From: Vitrella brassicaformis CCMP3155 | Lineage: Eukaryota; Protista; Chromerida | Direction of reading: 5' to 3' | Assembly: GCA_001179505.1 (NCBI GenBank) | Contig: CDMY01000836.1 | Span: 1-16,193 of the forward strand | Length of the DNA: 16,193 nucleotides | Shown here: positions 12,246 to 16,193 of the stretch, piece after piece | How the letters are laid out: each line of letters starts with the position of its first letter | Position numbering within the stretch: the stretch's first letter is position 1 | Notes under the pieces: generated by a model | What the model was told of the DNA's origin: nothing | The model's input: the letters and a program-made list of their open reading frames with translations, nothing else | Database searches by the model: none | Position numbers and translations under genes: made by a program

Positions 12246-12903
12246 AGGTCCGTAAGGAGAGTGGTATCGCGTTCTCTGGGGCGATCACTGATTGAGCGAG
12301 TCGCGAAGCGGCAAAGGCCGTGATGGACACTGACGGCCAGCAGCAGCAGCAGGCCACGGCATGCCACACCGCACACAGCATAGATCTGGAGGCCTTCGCA
12401 CAGCGCTGCGGCCAAATCGTAATACTTGATGCACCAGACAAACCACTGGCACGCACACATCCTCATTGTTTCCTCTCTCTGCGTGGTGTGGCGGTATGAC
12501 ATCAGCTGGAGGGGAGGTGAGGAAGATGCGCTGACTCTCAAACCACTCGACACCTGACGAAGGACGACAGGTGCGTGCGGTTTGGCTACCAGTGCCGATG
12601 GTGTGTGTTGGGCTGTATGTTTGCCTGTCAGGTCGGGCCATCAATTGATGCGTAGAATGAGTTGCAGAGGGGACGATGTGGGGGTACCACGACGGCGGGA
12701 TGCTCTCATGTGTGGGCGCTGTGGGGTGGACTAAGTAAGCTGCATCGCTCGTGGATAAATGCCTGTGCTGGACTTGTACAGACACACATGAGGACCGAAC
12801 GTTGAGCTCCCTACGTATCAGCCCCCCAACATATGCAGCGACACGTGCGTCCAGACCAACCACACACCACTCATACCGTCTTTCTGGCTGTCTCACAATC
12901 TGT

Positions 12904-13612
12904 CTATCGGACAAGGTCTTCCCCGCTCTCAATCATGGGCTGCCCCATCCCCTCCAGTCGCTTCTTCTCCCTCTCCCTCGCCTCAGCCAGCAGCTCCTTA
13001 TCGAGCCCCATGGTGCGGTAATACTCGTGCATGGTCATCTTCTTGGCCATCGCCACCCACGACCGCATGCTTGAGCCACTCGCCCACATTATACTTGGCC
13101 ACCTTGCCGGCGCGGGACAGCTGGTACTGCCAGTCGGGCTGCATCAACACGGCCTCATCGGGACCTGGACGCACTCTAACACACACAGATGGAGAGAGAG
13201 AGACCAACATTCCTTGGTAAGCTCCGACTGTGTGTCTGTTGTCCTAGTCCGTGTGTGTGTGTACCTCATGGCATAGACGAAGCCAAGATTGAAGATGGGC
13301 ACGACTTGAAGAGGGGTGATTGACATCCCCCCGGCACCAGACACTTGAAGGCAGCCACACGGTTCGCCAGGCTGTCGGGCCGCCTGATCTGGTAGGTAAT
13401 GTCCGCATAGAGAGGAACCGATTCATCCGCAGGAGGCACCGGGCGCCCCATGCAGTGAGCACAACGCCAGTGCCGATGTAGATGGAGGGCGCCACATACT
13501 CGTGCTGGATGGCCCGTAGCAGGCCCTGGATGTTGCGCCGGATGACGTGCCTGTCAGTGGTCTCCCCAGGCCGCTGCGGCGGCTCCACCAGCATCGATGC
13601 GTCGCTCTCCAT
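12904..13612 (-). CDS. Hypothetical protein (about 195 aa) with two hydrophobic stretches; +1 frame discontinuity in the last exon
   Basis: Exons 13612-13345, 13304-13265, a 23-nt micro-exon 13227-13205, and 13164-12904: MESDASMLVEPP...YVAPSIYIGTGVVLTAWGARCLL...WLPSIVPIFNLGFVYAMSRSLPRNVGPDEAVLMQPDWQYQLSRAGKVAKYNVGEWLKHA // WVAMAKKMTMHEYYRTMGLDKELLAEAREREKKRLEGM...VR*. The last exon is 1 nt too long for its phase. Confidence 0.65.
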
Positions 13613-13621
13613 CGCCCAGAA

Positions 13622-15002
13622 ATTCGGGACTCAGCAAAGCTACGAGCGAGGCACGCTCTTGCCCAAAGTTCGTGTTCTGTCCGTAATTGGGGCCGAGCGA
13701 GACTTTGTCTGACAGACCCACGAAACCAATCGAGGTGAGGACGCAAACAAGGGTTTCGTGTGTGTCGTCTAAATGTTGTGTGGTGTTGACGTGTGTGTCG
13801 CATTTTATGGTGCAGAACACGGGGTTTCGCAACGACCTGTTGAGGTGTCCTTCTGCCTCGTGTGTTTTGGGAGCGTGCGCCCCACCCGCGATCCAAGCCG
13901 ATGACGCAGATGCCCTACTTTCCTCTTCGCCCCCGAGACCTTCTGGACGTCCACCGAGGCCCACCCAGCAAAGGAAATGGGATTTCTTTCACACTCCACT
14001 TGCCGGATGACTTGGTAGCCCAGCTCTCCCGTCTCCCAGCCGGCAAACTATCAGCTCCACCACCGGCGTCGTCTCACGAGAATGCCTGGCCGCCTCTCGA
14101 TGGTGCGTGCACCAGCTGGACCGGAATTGCAGAATCTGCGATAAGTTCATCCCATTTCAGTGGAATTCGAGCTAGAAGCCAACCGATGGCAGTTGGATAG
14201 CCGAGACAAGCTCGTTGTCGACGCAAGAGAGGAGGTCAGTGACGACGGATCCCCTGAAGGTTGATTTTTTTCGTGTCTGCATATTGCAGTTCTCGAGAAG
14301 TCTTGACGTGTTGGAACGGTGTGAGGCACAGTGTCGCCGACACAAGCAAAATCGAGATGAATGGTCTGCTGTGCTACGCAAGGGCGGAAACACAGATGCC
14401 AAGTGTGGCTTGTTTGTCGCTGCAATATGGAGTTTATATCCTCTTCTTGACGCATTGGAGAAGATGGCACAATCGTCTGATGCCTCGAAGCCTCCAAACG
14501 GTCGAGTGTCTCAGGGGAATGAGCGACTGGAAGCCATCCTACAGGCGCTTGAGAGTGCACAGGGTCGAGATACAACGAGAGACACGCAGCGAAAACATGA
14601 TGTCGATCAGAGGTATTCAGATTATAAATGAGTCATGACGAGAGCAACTTTGTTCTTGCTTTCCTCAGCCATCGGGCATGGACGGCTCCACACACGCCCA
14701 CGCCCACGCGTCAGGTCAAGCATACCAACAGCCCGCCCAATCGCATCCGCGTCACAATATCGACAGGCCATCACACGCCCAGTGAGCCCGCCAGCCCGCA
14801 GCGACACGAGGCTGGACAGCGATTGTCGCCACCCCGCAATAGGGTCAGGAGGTTGGCGTCGTTCGGATCCAACGCCGCAGCGAGCAGGACAAGGTGGATG
14901 TTTGTCTGTATTTATTTGTTGGTCTGCAGATTCGACTGTGCGGGAAAAACAAAGGACCGCCGGCTCGTGCATGACGAGTACACGGACTTTCAGTCCATCT
15001 GA
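13622..15002 (+). CDS. Hypothetical Pro/Ser-rich protein, at least 8 exons, one +1 frameshift near 14298; start codon unresolved
   Basis: Exons ...-13667, 13716-13752, 13816-13844, 13898-14102, 14161-14259, 14290-14612, 14669-14893 and 14930-15002 with GT-AG introns and matching phases at all seven junctions. Exon 14290-14612 is 1 nt too long (VLEK // LDVLERCEAQ...). No family recognised. Confidence 0.55.
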
Positions 15003-15338
15003 CGCCGTTTCCATTGTTTCTCGTCATCATGTGCGTGTCGAATTATCTGTACATACAACTGACATGCAAGTGATGGCGATCAATAGGTCGTCACGGCTCA
15101 TGCGATTTGCATGGAAAAAACTTAAGGATCATGGCCAAAACATCCACCAGGCGAATCGCTCAAAAGCAGGACCGTTGTGGGGTCCAGCGTCTCGCTATGC
15201 TGGATCCCTGCATTGAGAGAGGCACGTCTGCCTGTGTTCTGTCTCGATGCACTGCATGTCGGTGCACGTGGCTGCCTGACCTGATGACATAAAAAGATCA
15301 TCAATTAATGTACATACATTTTGTTACAAGTCTAATGA

Positions 15339-15946
15339 CTAACCGTCCTCTTCTGGCAACTCCTCCTCTCTTTTCCCCTTCTTGCTTGCCCTCGTACGCA
15401 TAGCCCTCGTACGCATAGCCACCCCCTCACCAACCTCCCTGGCCTGTTCTTCCACCGCCTGAGCGGCGAGCTCCGACGAAGGCACCTCATCCCGTGCCCA
15501 TTCTCTATACTCAACAGCCATCTGAATAGCCCTATCTACATCATCTCTGTCAGCAGACAACACTCAGTCTCGGAATCTCTTGTCGAATGTGTGGTCACCG
15601 TGCACGAGCTGACATCGAACGTACACCCTGCTGACTTCTGGCTGACTTGGGGATCATGTCCATCTCTCCTGAGTCCAACAGACAAGTGCTTCCTGTCAGG
15701 CCAGCCTTCCTCGTCTTGAGGGGGCAAAAAGTCCAGACGCGTGTGCACCGCCGCCTTCGCCTCTTCGGACCCTCCCGGCTGGCGAACGTGTAATCTGACA
15801 TGTCCGTGCCGTCCCAACCGATGCGCCTACGTGTCTGGTCCCTCCAAACAGTGGCCTCACGAATGGCATCCTTGACGCCCTCCTCGGTGGCCGAGAGGAT
15901 GCGGAAGTAACGTCGTTGGCCGACATGGAGATCCATCTGGCGCAGT
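15339..15946 (-). pseudogene. ApiAP2-type transcription factor with two AP2-like domains, disrupted by frameshifts and an in-frame stop
   Basis: Domain 1: GQRRYFRILSATEEGVKDAIREATVWRD. Domain 2: VYVRCQLVHGDHTFDKRFR[D*]VLSADRDDVDRAIQMAVEYREWAR. Both match the AP2 beta3/alpha-helix pattern (R.F....A...A..WR/YR). The segments lie in three different frames. Acceptor at 15946; upstream exons not resolved. Confidence 0.7.
15388..15420. repeat. 15-bp perfect tandem duplication (encodes AMRTR AMRTR in the AP2 tail)
   Basis: gccctcgtacgcata x2 plus gcc. Confidence 0.95.
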
Positions 15947-16115
15947 CTGATGACAAAAATCAATTTCCTCATGACTGCATGTTGCATCTCTCGAGCTGCT
16001 CCTGACGGTTTGGAAGAATTTTCTTGATGACTGCACGACGGTTTTCGATACTGCCTGACTGACGTCGGCAATGTAAACGAATCGCCAACACTCGGCAATG
16101 ACGAGGTCTCTGCAG

Positions 16116-16193
16116 ATGGAGTGGGACTACGTCTTTCGCGTCGTGCTCACCGACGAGTGCGCTCTCAGCCCCCTCCGCGAGGCCATCGCCAAG
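16116..16193 (+). CDS. Start or internal exon of a gene running off the right edge (MEWDYVFRVVLTDECALSPLREAIAK)
   Basis: Follows the acceptor-like TCTCTGCAG; 26 open, GC3-rich codons up to the window end; product unknown. Confidence 0.55.
   Translation, partial: MEWDYVFRVVLTDECALSPLREAIAK

Larger units (their letters stand above)
11256..12553 (-). pseudogene. Multi-exon hypothetical protein gene with about 6 lesions (frameshifts plus an in-frame TGA inside a fold-back)
   Basis: Exons 12553-12161, 12102-11827, 11717-11647, 11534-11437 and 11369-11256 have good splice sites. The GC3-rich frame switches inside exons, e.g. LTDYSCSGLDKS to PYFNPGEEFQ, HLSIHYLVSVLGEW to PPNKERKTVDTIKSYFRM, and FYIAQ to MGEWDTKQNH. 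Exon lengths of 71 and 98 nt between phase-0 junctions independently show -1 lesions. No product recognised; further 5' exons likely at 12600-12800. Confidence 0.7.

Noticed and set aside
13205-13264. Apparent phase mismatch between exons 13304-13265 and 13164-12904
   Set aside because: Resolved by a 23-nt micro-exon (13227-13205), so not counted as a lesion
14400-14475. VAAIWSLYPLLDALEKM loosely resembles a hAT transposase helix
   Set aside because: No TRW motif, catalytic DDE residues or terminal repeats; the segment fits as an exon of the spliced hypothetical gene
12221-15566. TGA reassignment or selenocysteine to explain the in-frame TGAs at 12221 and 15564
   Set aside because: TGA is the apparent natural stop of three genes here, both internal TGAs sit in insertion structures, and read-through would not fix the frameshifts

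Overview
Intron-dense, GC-rich eukaryotic nuclear DNA with short introns (about 30-140 nt) rich in (CTGT)n/(CA)n repeats. A thylakoid PsbP-domain gene alongside an ApiAP2-type gene suggests a chromerid alga, Vitrella-like (inference, not searched). Most ORF-track entries are exon fragments or antisense shadows, so I rebuilt the genes by hand from splice sites and phases. There are about ten gene units. Two are fully intact in the centre: a PRMT3-like arginine methyltransferase (+, 10 exons, about 622 aa) and a MAP2K/STE7 kinase (+, 14 exons, about 337 aa). Six on the flanks keep their splice sites and coding-like codon usage but are broken by small indels or insertions: an EF-hand protein, a PsbP-domain protein, three hypothetical proteins and a two-domain AP2 factor. 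Two more are cut by the window edges. The most notable signals are (i) an indel-dominated lesion pattern that spares the two central genes, (ii) nested fold-back (templated inverted) insertions, one exactly at a PsbP exon boundary, and (iii) frequent AG|GCA donor (GC-AG) introns. No rRNA, tRNA or CRISPR array was seen. Assembly error cannot be excluded for the single-base lesions.
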